This document shows positions 18,977 through 28,871 of a stretch of 64,000 nucleotides of DNA, piece by piece (positions within the stretch are counted from its first letter, which is position 1; every line of letters starts with the position of its first letter). The DNA is from a virus. The DNA is taken from positions 94,263 through 158,262 of IMG/VR virus record IMGVR_UViG_3300014208_000003. One strand, written 5' to 3'. The notes under the pieces are model-generated. The model did not search any database. It was given only the letters and a program-made list of their open reading frames with translations, and had not been told where the DNA came from. Both the position numbers and the translations under genes were made by a program.

Positions 18977-19977
18977 ATTAAAACCTTATCATAAAGACTA
19001 TTGGTGAAATATGTTCTCAATTCGCGAAACGAGAATGAAAACTTGTTCAAAGCCAAACACACATCGTTCATATCCCATTTCTTCCGTTCACCTAATCCGT
19101 TATCTTTCAAAAATTTATTCCATAAGAAAACATATTTACCATGATTTAACATTTTCTTACTGGCTATTCTTCCTGCTTCATCTCCGTCCAATAAGTAATA
19201 GCATTTTAACGGTTCTAATTTTTGTTTAACACTATTCGTAAAAGCTGTTCCTAAAACTGCTACGGAATTTTCTATCATCAAAGAATCGATAATGCCTTCT
19301 GTTACAATTACCGGATTTTTAATATCAATAAAATCTATGTTATATATTGCTTTATCCCTATCCAATAACCGATTTAAATATTTCGGTTCCTGTTCTTTTA
19401 ATGCTCTTGCCTGATAATAATAGATCTTGTTCTTTGAATCATAAAACGGAATCACTAATCTATCCTTATAACTACCATCAACGGCTATAAACCATTTCTT
19501 CCAAACATTTTCCGGAATATGCCTTTCAATACAATATTTTATAGCATTATCGAAAAGATCTCCGGAACCTTTTAGAATATTAACAAAATGAATTACTTGT
19601 TCCTGTTCATATTCTAATTTCTGTATTCTTTGGATAGCTTCTTCTTTTTCTAATTCCTGTTTTAAATTCCTCTCATACTCTTTCAAATTAACAGGATTTT
19701 CTAAAATACATTCTCTAAGATAGGACTGATATTCTGAGAAAAAATATTCCTTTAACCATTTTTCAACAGGGATCGAAACATTACAATTATGACAGATATA
19801 TGTTGGATGCTTATTAAAAAGAAAATATCCTCTACGTTTAAAAGAATTTGTCTTGGAATCACCACAAACGTTACACCTGATATTTATATATTCTGATGTT
19901 ATTTTTGACTTTCTAAAATTATTCCGGACAACCTGTAATATGTATTTTTTTAAAAGAGAAGTTTTGAATAAGTTCAT
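18973..19977 (-). CDS. DNA primase (T4 gp61-like)
   Basis: RCNVCGDS..CHNC zinc domain, RLVIPF, YQARAL, TEGIIDS, DGDEAG TOPRIM. Confidence 0.92.
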   Translation of the reverse strand: MNLFKTSLLKKYILQVVRNNFRKSKITSEYINIRCNVCGDSKTNSFKRRGYFLFNKHPTYICHNCNVSIPVEKWLKEYFFSEYQSYLRECILENPVNLKEYERNLKQELEKEEAIQRIQKLEYEQEQVIHFVNILKGSGDLFDNAIKYCIERHIPENVWKKWFIAVDGSYKDRLVIPFYDSKNKIYYYQARALKEQEPKYLNRLLDRDKAIYNIDFIDIKNPVIVTEGIIDSLMIENSVAVLGTAFTNSVKQKLEPLKCYYLLDGDEAGRIASKKMLNHGKYVFLWNKFLKDNGLGERKKWDMNDVCLALNKFSFSFRELRTYFTNSLYDKVLI

Positions 19978-20495
19978 CTTGGTTTTAAAATAGATGTTAA
20001 AGATGGAGTTGGATCGTTGTTTATATATGCGTCTAATTGTTCCGAAGTTATTTTTAAGACATCCGTTCTACCATCAAAAACCACTATCATAGAATCGTGC
20101 ATTGGTGCCGACCCTTCACCTACCATTACACCATAAGTATTGATTCCCTTGAAAGAAACCCTGCCTTCAATAAAACACATAGATGTATAATTTGGTTTTA
20201 TAACTTCATGGAATAATTTTGTTGATGTGCTAACGGGGATGAGAAAAACACATAATTTATTCTTACAACTTTCTTCAACACCTTTCTTAACAAAATTATC
20301 TTTAGACGGTGTGGAATATGGAGGATTAATAAAATTTCTTGTTTTCCAATCTATATGTATACCATTCCACGCTGAAAGATCATGATTTATCGGACAAGGA
20401 TCAAATTGAAAATCAAACAATGTATTAAGTTTATTATAAAGATATTTCGGTGTTTTCCAATTATCCTTATGTTCTATATTTCTGTTTTTCATCAA
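19974..20495 (-). CDS. Phage N6-adenine DNA methyltransferase
   Basis: DNWKTP, FDPCP, FINPPYS, LIPVSTST, GRVSF. Confidence 0.85.
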   Translation of the reverse strand: MMKNRNIEHKDNWKTPKYLYNKLNTLFDFQFDPCPINHDLSAWNGIHIDWKTRNFINPPYSTPSKDNFVKKGVEESCKNKLCVFLIPVSTSTKLFHEVIKPNYTSMCFIEGRVSFKGINTYGVMVGEGSAPMHDSMIVVFDGRTDVLKITSEQLDAYINNDPTPSLTSILKPR

Positions 20496-20504
20496 TTCTC
20501 CAAA

Positions 20505-20538
20505 AAAGAAACCCTCCTACTATATTTCAGAGGGTTTT
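20505..20538. terminator. Intrinsic terminator downstream of the SSB gene
   Basis: AAACCCTC...GAGGGTTT stem flanked by A/T runs. Confidence 0.55.
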
Positions 20539-20551
20539 TAACAAGAAAGAG

Positions 20552-21466
20552 TCAGTTATCTTGACGTAGACTATTCAGGAAATCATCATCGTTATCGTGT
20601 GTATTAGAAGTATCAGCAGGTTCATCGCTAGTGGGTTCCTGATAATCTTCTGCCTTTACCATATCGTTCTTAACTGCTACGGATGCCTTTTTAACACCCA
20701 TAACTTTCCTGAATCGTTCATTGCATTTGTCTGTAATATTATCTTCCAACTTAGTGAGATAAGACATATCAATAAGTTTAAGAGCGGCCATATCAACAGC
20801 ATTCATTTCCTTAGAGAATTCGGATTTGAGATACTGAGGCAAAACAATATAATCGCTGGGATTCTTTTTCGTTTTGTTAGTATTTGGCATCTTCTTAGGA
20901 GTAATAGTAAGTTTGAAATCCGGTGCAGAAAGAGGATTCCAAGGTATAAATGGGCTAGGCGTTTCCCCAAGATCTTCATCAACTACTGGGAACATAGCAT
21001 TATCCAGAATCTTTTTAATTTCATTTCCAAAACTAAACAATTTCACTTGACCTTCTAATTCTGGTGTCAATACGTCTTTTTTAATAAGGAGATTCGTGAC
21101 CTGATCATACTTTCTCTTAAATATCTTACCCTCTTCAGTACCGTATAATTTGTTTTCATATACGTGCTGACAAACCGGACAAGAGCCATTTACCTTTGTA
21201 TAATACTGAGGGCAAAGAGCAGCATACCACATACCATTGATCTGAAAAAAGTGTTTTGCAACGGTGGTAATAAAATTTTCTGAATCTGTAACAAAACGTA
21301 CCAATTTTCGAGTTATGGGATAAATACCTTTGTCGTCTGGTTCTGCATTAAAAACAGGCTTATAGAAATTGTGATCCGTATAATCTTTTTTAGTATTAGT
21401 TCCGGAAGATGCTTTCTGATCCTGAATCTTCTTCAACATATTATCCCAATTAAGTGTTCCAGCCAT
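20552..21466 (-). CDS. Single-stranded DNA-binding protein (T4 gp32-like)
   Basis: HFF..C...CPVC zinc site, EGQVKLFSFG, acidic tail DDDFLNSL. Confidence 0.85.
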   Translation of the reverse strand: MAGTLNWDNMLKKIQDQKASSGTNTKKDYTDHNFYKPVFNAEPDDKGIYPITRKLVRFVTDSENFITTVAKHFFQINGMWYAALCPQYYTKVNGSCPVCQHVYENKLYGTEEGKIFKRKYDQVTNLLIKKDVLTPELEGQVKLFSFGNEIKKILDNAMFPVVDEDLGETPSPFIPWNPLSAPDFKLTITPKKMPNTNKTKKNPSDYIVLPQYLKSEFSKEMNAVDMAALKLIDMSYLTKLEDNITDKCNERFRKVMGVKKASVAVKNDMVKAEDYQEPTSDEPADTSNTHDNDDDFLNSLRQDN

Positions 21467-22142
21467 TTAGATTCTCCTTTTGATTTTTGTAAATAGAATT
21501 AATTTTTTTCATACATTTTTTGAATAATTTAAAATCGTCAGTTTGTTCGTTATTATTTTTGTTATCTTCCTCCTCGTTCACATAATTGGTAACATATAGA
21601 TTTTCTGTTAAATACCTGTTTTTAATAAGTTCGTAAAATATATTTGAACCAGTTTTTCGTATACTTAGAAAATCCTTTATTGGTTTTTTTAATTGTGTCT
21701 GGTATTGCGAAAGAACTTCTGAATCTATTTTCTTTTGTTCATCAGACATCATTCGAATAACTGTATCTATATTATAATCACAAAAATCAAAAGCACGACC
21801 TTTTTTTTCATTTATTTTCTTCCAAGGCAATATATAGAAAGCCATGCCTAGAAGAATGTCGTGTATCGTGTAATTCTTATATTTGATAGACTGGTATAAT
21901 CCCTCATAATATTTTATAAGGTGTACAGTAGCGTTAGATTCCTCTATAACAGCAGGACAATCGAAAGCAGCATGAAGAAGTTTCGGAACATTCATCTCAG
22001 TATTGTTTTTAAGATACCATCCCAGAAAACGATTAATCTTGTATAACCGAAAACTGTCCAGAATAAACTTATCACCATTACAAGTAAAAACCATTATTTC
22101 AAGACTTTCTTCCGGATCTATAACCCAACATATATCCAACAA
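21450..22142 (-). CDS. Hypothetical protein in the gp59 (helicase loader) syntenic position
   Basis: Lies directly upstream of gp32; function inferred from synteny only; start uncertain. Confidence 0.35.
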   Translation of the reverse strand: MLDICWVIDPEESLEIMVFTCNGDKFILDSFRLYKINRFLGWYLKNNTEMNVPKLLHAAFDCPAVIEESNATVHLIKYYEGLYQSIKYKNYTIHDILLGMAFYILPWKKINEKKGRAFDFCDYNIDTVIRMMSDEQKKIDSEVLSQYQTQLKKPIKDFLSIRKTGSNIFYELIKNRYLTENLYVTNYVNEEEDNKNNNEQTDDFKLFKKCMKKINSIYKNQKENLNGWNT

Positions 22143-22186
22143 AAAAATTCAATAAAAATATAAACCAGATAATTATAAAATCCATA

Positions 22187-22612
22187 TCAACCCTCTATTG
22201 GTAATCCGTCCTTTTTCTTTTCCCTAATAAATTTTGAAAGAGTTACAGGAATTTCTATTGCATATTTTTCAGAAAGTTCGTTTTTAATAATTTGTACATT
22301 CTCTTCGTCTAATAATGTTTTGATTCTTTGGACTGTTGTATAATTTTCTTCGAAGTATAATAGAACATCAACTAATGGAACTTTTGAGTCTGTAGAAATT
22401 TTCCGGAGGTGGTGGTTAAATGTGTATAGTGTTCTTAGCGGTAGTCTTTCATAATTAAAAAATATAGAAACATCAAATCCTATTTCTTTGACTATCTTTG
22501 CGACTTTATTTTTATTAATATTTGTTTGTTGCTGGTTTTCATAATAATCACAATTGGTACTATCTGTCATAATTAATTTAGGCCGCTCTTCAACATACAA
22601 ACGTTCTTCCAT
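22187..22612 (-). CDS. Possible late-transcription co-activator (gp33-like)
   Basis: Synteny 33-59-32 and C-terminal VTLSKFI clamp-binding-like motif. Confidence 0.4.
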   Translation of the reverse strand: MEERLYVEERPKLIMTDSTNCDYYENQQQTNINKNKVAKIVKEIGFDVSIFFNYERLPLRTLYTFNHHLRKISTDSKVPLVDVLLYFEENYTTVQRIKTLLDEENVQIIKNELSEKYAIEIPVTLSKFIREKKKDGLPIEG

Positions 22613-22620
22613 TTAAAACC

Positions 22621-24000
22621 TCATTTGAAAATTATTGGTGAATCTTTTTTAATAACATCTTTAATCAAACTAACACCTTCATCTACTTTTTGTTGGCTAG
22701 TAACTGGTTGTTTTACATTAGGATTTTTCAGCTTTTCTAATTCAACGTCATCATCCCAAATACGCATCTTATAAAAATCAATATTAACAGGGAACTTAAT
22801 CTTATTTAGTCCGTACCTATTCTTAACAATATTGAACATGTACTTTCCGTTGGTTCTTAGATCATCATTTTGAGTAGCTGCAATAACAACATCAGAATCA
22901 AATGCAACACCTATAGAATCAGAAATATCATCCATATCAATATCCAATTTACCGAAACCATCTCTATTAACCTGTATCGAAGAAATTACCGGAATACTCA
23001 TCTCCATACTTAATGCTCTTAATTCTTGGGCTATACGCTTCTGTTCCGAATAACTATTATCAGATTTACCCATAGCATTAGGACAAAGAATGGCTAAGTA
23101 ATCAACAAAAATAATGTCCGGAATAAACTTCTTTTTAACTCTTAATTCTTTCAGCAGATTTCGGATATAATTTGTGTTTGCTGATTTTGTCGGGAACTCT
23201 CTAATAATAAACTTTGTATTGAATGTCTTTTTACTCTGATTGAACTTATCCAGAAATTGTTCTTTATTCAGTTTTCTTAGTTCTGCTCTATTCAAATTAA
23301 AAACATTAAACATAACCCTTTCGGAAATCTTCTCTTCGGCCATTTCAAGAGTAACATATAAAACCTTCTTATTGTTCATTATACAGTTTGAAGCAATAGC
23401 AGTTTTAATAGCAGTTTTTCCACCGTTTACCTGACACAATATTAATGATAAACTCTTCTCGTGAAAACCTCCGTCTAGCCAATAATCCAAAACCTTTAAT
23501 CCGGAAGATACCGTAAAATCATCTGTGTTAAAATATGTCCAAAGCCTTTCACCATCCTCAAAAAAATCTAATCCAACCCTATCATCAAGAGTAAACGCCA
23601 TCGCTTCTCTTAACTGTTCCGGAGTATTCTTTAACTTACTTAGATCTTCTTCTTTTAAACCAGTCGCAATATCAGTAATAAAAGAATATAACAGCTTCTT
23701 CTTAAAAAAATTCTCAATCTCTATCTTTAATACCTCTTGCGAATATTCCGAAACATCCTTATTCAAAATTTCTGTTAATGAGTCAAACACTTCCCTATCT
23801 GTTAGTTTCAATTTCAAATCACTAACTGTAGGAAACTTCTGGAACTTATTCTCAAAATACAGAATATGCTTGACGAGTTCTTTACAATCAAAATCATCAA
23901 ACAAATCTACTCTTAAAATCGGAACTACTTTATCTCTAACCTCTGTATTTTGAAATAAGAGTTTGACCAATATTGATTCAAACTCTATTGGATCTATCAT
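22621..24000 (-). CDS. Replicative DnaB-like helicase (T4 gp41)
   Basis: VNGGKT, YVTLEMAE, IFVDYL, IQVNRDG, IVKNRYG. Confidence 0.93.
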   Translation of the reverse strand: MIDPIEFESILVKLLFQNTEVRDKVVPILRVDLFDDFDCKELVKHILYFENKFQKFPTVSDLKLKLTDREVFDSLTEILNKDVSEYSQEVLKIEIENFFKKKLLYSFITDIATGLKEEDLSKLKNTPEQLREAMAFTLDDRVGLDFFEDGERLWTYFNTDDFTVSSGLKVLDYWLDGGFHEKSLSLILCQVNGGKTAIKTAIASNCIMNNKKVLYVTLEMAEEKISERVMFNVFNLNRAELRKLNKEQFLDKFNQSKKTFNTKFIIREFPTKSANTNYIRNLLKELRVKKKFIPDIIFVDYLAILCPNAMGKSDNSYSEQKRIAQELRALSMEMSIPVISSIQVNRDGFGKLDIDMDDISDSIGVAFDSDVVIAATQNDDLRTNGKYMFNIVKNRYGLNKIKFPVNIDFYKMRIWDDDVELEKLKNPNVKQPVTSQQKVDEGVSLIKDVIKKDSPIIFK

Positions 24001-25073
24001 GCTTCCTCTTTAACTGATTCTTCTTCGGAGATTTCTTCTTCACCCATTTCTCTTTCTTCACCCGTATTTCCAAGAGAGAGTGTATTTTTTATATTCTCAT
24101 TAATTTTATTTAACAAGGTTTCATCCCACTCCATTTTCCATAATTCTTTTTCGGAAATAGATTTACCTCCTACCGACCATCCTCTAGTTTCTTTTTTGAG
24201 ATATGTACCACCAAATTCCTGAAGACCATAATATTTATGTAATCCATTAAAGAAATCGAGATACGTAATCACTTTTGCTTGTTCTCTGGCTGTACGGTTT
24301 TTAACATTTTTTGCTGTTATATAGAATCCAAGCAAATTTCCATCTTTATCTTTTGCATTCTTTTTCTTCAAATCAATCATAACACTCGCAATATATTCTG
24401 GCCCTTGACCTCCGGAACCTTTTGTAGTAGGAACATAACTTCCGATGATTGAGTATGTGTGATTAGTTACCAGCATAGGAATTTTTGCTTTTGCTAATTT
24501 AAGATTTATTGAACGGTAAATTGATCTAATGATTTTAGCTCTGGTCATATCACTTACATTTTTACCTTCTTCGGCATCTGCAATTTCTTTGTTTGTTGAT
24601 AAATTACCAAGAGAATCTAAAATGATTAGTAATTTGGGTCTTTTTGGATCTGTGTTGTTATTATAATCATTAATTACTTTTATTAATTGATTTCTGAAAT
24701 TTTCTACAGTATCGATCGGAACATACATCACTTTATTCGGATCAATACCACGAGAAACAAACATAGATTTTTCGGTAGCATTTTCAGAATCAAAATAAAC
24801 AATATAATATCCCTTTTCTATTGCTTTCTTTGCTATTGATAACACCATATAAGTTTTACCACAGGATTTCTCACCTTGAAACAAAACCACCTTATTATTC
24901 GGAATGCCTTTGTTTATATCCGCTGTCATCAATCCATTCAAAGCCATAGAACCCGTATCGATCCAATCTGTTGTATTAGATAAAGCATCGTCTTCCAAAA
25001 TACTCGCTAACTCATTCCCAGATGCTTTCAATAATCCTTTTAAAAAACTGTCAGTCACACCTTTTTTAGCCAT
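23997..25073 (-). CDS. uvsX: RecA-like recombinase UvsX
   Basis: IDTGSMALN, GEKSCGKT, FDSE, LDSLGNL, DMTRAK, VTNHTY. Confidence 0.92.
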   Translation of the reverse strand: MAKKGVTDSFLKGLLKASGNELASILEDDALSNTTDWIDTGSMALNGLMTADINKGIPNNKVVLFQGEKSCGKTYMVLSIAKKAIEKGYYIVYFDSENATEKSMFVSRGIDPNKVMYVPIDTVENFRNQLIKVINDYNNNTDPKRPKLLIILDSLGNLSTNKEIADAEEGKNVSDMTRAKIIRSIYRSINLKLAKAKIPMLVTNHTYSIIGSYVPTTKGSGGQGPEYIASVMIDLKKKNAKDKDGNLLGFYITAKNVKNRTAREQAKVITYLDFFNGLHKYYGLQEFGGTYLKKETRGWSVGGKSISEKELWKMEWDETLLNKINENIKNTLSLGNTGEEREMGEEEISEEESVKEEA

Positions 25074-25386
25074 TAAACACCCCTTGCTTCATTAAAAACC
25101 TTTTCACATAATTTCAAGCATTTTATCTGATTATTTATTTTTGATAATGATTCTGGATTTCTATTTTCTCTTATCATCATATCTCTCTTATCTAAAAAAT
25201 ATTGCAAATCTGTTCGCATCTATTCTCCTATATGTTCCAAAAGTTCTTCACTACATATCTTAAAAGTTTCTCCGCCATATCTTAAACTCATTGATATAGC
25301 GTCCGTTTTTCCTTCGTTTTGTTTAATTAATATATCGCCTCGCTTATTCCAATTTTCGGCTAGTTCTTTTAGAGTCATTTTATCCC

Positions 25387-26016
25387 CTATATGTTCGCGG
25401 TGTAAATTCTTTTTAGTTCTGACTTATTTTCCGACAATACTTTTTTAACATCTTTTACTACTGTTTTCAGATCCTTTGACAGATAATCACAACAACCAAG
25501 AACCCATTTCGGAAGTTCAGTATAATCATCTATATCACAAACTAATAGAACCGGTATATCAAACATTTTCGCAACTGTTAATTCAGCAGGAGTGCCATAA
25601 GTAGCAACACCTTTTATCCAATAACATAACACAACATCACTTTTAATCAATGCCGAAAGATCTGTCTGAATAATATTATATGCCCATTTCTTTACTTCAG
25701 AATATTTCAACTCATGTCGGGAACACTTATCGAATAATTGCAGTTCACCATTCAGTTTATTTTTCTCAGCGGGATTGAAAGAGTCTATATTGTGTTTCTG
25801 CAATTTCTTCTCGACTATTTTTCTCCAATCCGCACCGTAATCTGTCAAGTATTCCATTGCGCCGCATAAATAGCAATTTTTATTTTTTATTTCTATCCGA
25901 TTTAAAGTTCTGATTGTTTTGGTAAAAGACATTAATCGATTTATTCCGGATGATTCGTGATCCTTATAATTATTTTCTAATTTAATCACATTTTTCTCCT
26001 TTAATGTTTTTTTCAA
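25387..26016 (-). CDS. Nucleoside 2-deoxyribosyltransferase-like protein
   Basis: YLCGAM, WRK, FNP, DLSALIKSDVV, GTPAEL. Confidence 0.7.
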   Translation of the reverse strand: MKKTLKEKNVIKLENNYKDHESSGINRLMSFTKTIRTLNRIEIKNKNCYLCGAMEYLTDYGADWRKIVEKKLQKHNIDSFNPAEKNKLNGELQLFDKCSRHELKYSEVKKWAYNIIQTDLSALIKSDVVLCYWIKGVATYGTPAELTVAKMFDIPVLLVCDIDDYTELPKWVLGCCDYLSKDLKTVVKDVKKVLSENKSELKRIYTANI

Positions 26017-26200
26017 TTTTATTTAATAATTGTTTTATAATCAATATATTTTCTAAATTTGAATCGATGTATTCTACCATAATAGTTTTAGTATTTTTAT
26101 TTTGATAAGAATTTAATATCTTTCCTTTTTTGAACCAATTGAAAGCAGTTTTGTAACACACATTTTTAATTTTAGCATATTCTGATAATTTTATTATCAT
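25982..26200 (-). CDS. Small MerR-type HTH protein (resembles the IS607 TnpA N-terminal HTH)
   Basis: KLSEYAK..VCYKTAFNWFKKGKI. Confidence 0.65.
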   Translation of the reverse strand: MIIKLSEYAKIKNVCYKTAFNWFKKGKILNSYQNKNTKTIMVEYIDSNLENILIIKQLLNKIEKNIKGEKCD

Positions 26201-26913
26201 ATATTTTTTCCTAATATAGTTTGGATACTATTTATTTTATTATAATGTATTCTTATTAATTTTATACCTTTTTGTTTACAATATTTTGTTTTTATTTTAT
26301 CGTGCTTTTGTGTTATTAAAACATTTTTCATACCGTCTTCATTTTTGTGTTTAAAATAAGGATAATAATGTTGTTTTCCGTCAAACTCTATACATATATT
26401 TTTATCGGGTAAATAAAAATCAAATGGTAAAGGATTTTTATTCTTGCAATCTTCAAATCTATAATTATGATTATATCTTATATTGTTTTTTTCTAACCAC
26501 GTTAATATTGAACGTTCTCCTCTGGATATTCTACACAATTTACAACCAGTACCTAATAATAATCGTTTAGGGTTAACTAAAATTTCACCGTGTTTTTTAC
26601 AGATTATGATTATTTTGGTTTTATTGTTGATATAATTAACTTTTGAATAATCATACTCCTCTCCGTATATTTCTTTAACTTGCTTTATGAATATATTTAA
26701 TGGTTTTGGTTGAAGAATTTTAGATTTCATCCATATACATTTTCTACAATCATGGTGTTGTAAATGATTTTTATAATTACATTCAAATTCACCGTGAACA
26801 GGACAAATCACAATTATTTTATTTTTTACTCTGTTTTCCATGTTTGTTTTCGAATAATCAAATTTACCGTTCCAAATTTTTGATGCCTTTTCTATAAATT
26901 CTTTTGTAGTCAT
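26197..26913 (-). CDS. Homing endonuclease, paralogue of 9542-10546
   Basis: FDYSK..ICPVHGEF repeats; PFDFYLPDKNICIEFDGKQH. Confidence 0.85.
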   Translation of the reverse strand: MTTKEFIEKASKIWNGKFDYSKTNMENRVKNKIIVICPVHGEFECNYKNHLQHHDCRKCIWMKSKILQPKPLNIFIKQVKEIYGEEYDYSKVNYINNKTKIIIICKKHGEILVNPKRLLLGTGCKLCRISRGERSILTWLEKNNIRYNHNYRFEDCKNKNPLPFDFYLPDKNICIEFDGKQHYYPYFKHKNEDGMKNVLITQKHDKIKTKYCKQKGIKLIRIHYNKINSIQTILGKNI

Positions 26914-26960
26914 ATAAATCTCCTTTAGAAGTATTTATATATCTAACAAAGAATTTATAC
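26914..26960 (-). promoter_or_regulatory. Late promoter TATAAATA inside an RBS-occluding hairpin
   Basis: TATAAATTCTTTGTTAGA...TCTAAAGGAGATTTATA pairs over AGGAG (T4 I-TevI-type control). Confidence 0.65.
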
Positions 26961-26975
26961 ATATTTTTCTATATT

Positions 26976-27518
26976 TTATTTTCTAAAGTAATCATTATAA
27001 GCCTTCTGTTGTGATGTTGATAATTCTTCTTTATAAAACTTCCGAGAATTATCTTTAGCCCATTCGTATTCATCCATAAACCAGTTACGGAAAACATTCT
27101 TAGAGAACCGATTCATGGCTACTTGTCTGGCATTATGTTCATAAGATTCTTTTAACCACATATCTTTTTTCGTTTCGTTTTCTGTCATTATTTCGTTTTC
27201 TACTTTAATGACATCTATATACAGTTTTTTCTCTGCTTCTTCTTTAGTGCGGTCAAACCAATCATATTCTTTCTCGATCAATTCTTTAGAAACCTTATGA
27301 ATAATCGCAACTAATGTTCTCGGGATCTTTACTTCTTCATAACCATAACCATAATAAACATCAATAGTGGGTGGTTCATAATTGTAACAATATTTTTTGG
27401 TCGCCATTTTAGAAACTTTACAGCATTTTTTAACACCAGAAATAATTATATCTCCATCTTTCAAAACCACTTTAGAACCAACATACGCCTCTTTGTTTTG
27501 CAATGTAACAGCTACCAT
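26976..27518 (-). CDS. Hypothetical protein
   Basis: ORF with AGGAG RBS. Confidence 0.6.
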   Translation of the reverse strand: MVAVTLQNKEAYVGSKVVLKDGDIIISGVKKCCKVSKMATKKYCYNYEPPTIDVYYGYGYEEVKIPRTLVAIIHKVSKELIEKEYDWFDRTKEEAEKKLYIDVIKVENEIMTENETKKDMWLKESYEHNARQVAMNRFSKNVFRNWFMDEYEWAKDNSRKFYKEELSTSQQKAYNDYFRK

Positions 27519-27526
27519 TTTAACTC

Positions 27527-27811
27527 CTACTGTTCAAGAATTCCTATATCACCATTTTCAAGCATTTTTTTGTCTTCATATGGCGCAACAACACTTCTAT
27601 TAAACTCTGCTAGAACGTCTGTAAGCACTCCTGTTACATCAGAAAGATTGGAATAGGTAATGCCCTTCTTTTTAATATATAGATGAACCAAGCGCGTTAT
27701 AGAGTAGTTTAAAGCCCCTCTGTTCAGATCAGTTCCGTCCCAAAGTGCATAAAAAAGATTATCAACATGTGTATCTATCTTTTTTCGTTCAAACTGTTTT
27801 ATATATGGCAT
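27527..27811 (-). CDS. Conserved phage hypothetical protein (MPYIK...GALNY type)
   Basis: MPYIKQ, GALNYSIT, VAPYEDKK..NGD. Confidence 0.65.
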   Translation of the reverse strand: MPYIKQFERKKIDTHVDNLFYALWDGTDLNRGALNYSITRLVHLYIKKKGITYSNLSDVTGVLTDVLAEFNRSVVAPYEDKKMLENGDIGILEQ

Positions 27812-28125
27812 TTATTCATTCTCCAAAATTTTCATATCTTCTACTTTTTCAAAATCCATCTTTAACAGATCCAATGCTTCTTTCTCATGGATTCCGAATG
27901 ATTTCTGTAATTCGTTTAGTGTGCTTCTCTTAATAGTTGTTTTAGTGACTTCCATATCATTCCTTAATTGTTTGAACCACTATTTCAGAAGTTTTTCCAG
28001 ACCAAGGATCAACAAAGAATATTTTAGTAAGTCCGAGAACATTATTAACTTCTACGTCTGTTACTATGTCGTTTTTGTGCGGGAGGTTATCGAGTCTGTT
28101 CAAAGCCATTTTAGACCACCTTTCT

Positions 28126-28437
28126 TTAAATTACTTCGACACCATTATTCGTACACCATTTTTCATAACTTTTATCCATATCTCTTTTCAGGTCGTTAAT
28201 AATATAAGCACAATTTTTAAAATCGGCGTGAGATAAAACTATTTGATCTGCCCAAGGATTTCCGGTTCTAATTATTTTCCATATCCATCTTAATCTTTCT
28301 TTAAAACTAAGTGGTCGAACATCATTACCTAGCTTCCACATGCTTACATAAACTAATGGTGAAATAGGTTCGGAATCATCTAAACAAAACTCAATTGCTT
28401 CTTGACCATCTGTACATTTTAAGAATCGCGATTTCAT
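28126..28437 (-). CDS. Hypothetical protein
   Basis: Operonic ORF. Confidence 0.5.
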   Translation of the reverse strand: MKSRFLKCTDGQEAIEFCLDDSEPISPLVYVSMWKLGNDVRPLSFKERLRWIWKIIRTGNPWADQIVLSHADFKNCAYIINDLKRDMDKSYEKWCTNNGVEVI

Positions 28438-28438
28438 A

Positions 28439-28735
28439 TTATTTGCTCCATGATTTATTATCGTTAAACCATCGATTAGTTTGTATTATTGTATCTCCTT
28501 CATTTCCCCATAATCCATCTAATTTAACAAAGGTATTTTCCGGAATCTTTTTAACATACGTAGCTGCTTTAATTTCATTCCAACCAGCAGACGGTAACTG
28601 TGTTCTAATAATTACAGCAATACATTTTTGATTCATTCTATTATGGTATTCTTGATTAGCTTTCTCATTAGCAGAAAAATCACAAGAACAAAAAATCCCA
28701 AGACTAACAATACACATTAAAACTTTTGCTTTCAT
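28439..28735 (-). CDS. Putative lipoprotein
   Basis: Signal peptide with lipobox-like IFCSC. Confidence 0.5.
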   Translation of the reverse strand: MKAKVLMCIVSLGIFCSCDFSANEKANQEYHNRMNQKCIAVIIRTQLPSAGWNEIKAATYVKKIPENTFVKLDGLWGNEGDTIIQTNRWFNDNKSWSK

Positions 28736-28871
28736 AATTTCTCCATTGTATCCAGAATAAATGCAATTGTAAGACTAACAGATATGACAAATTCAAAACC
28801 AAATTCCCAAAAAGGTGCCAGCAGCATACTTAAAATTATTGAATATCCAATGATTCTTAATAAAGCTCTAA

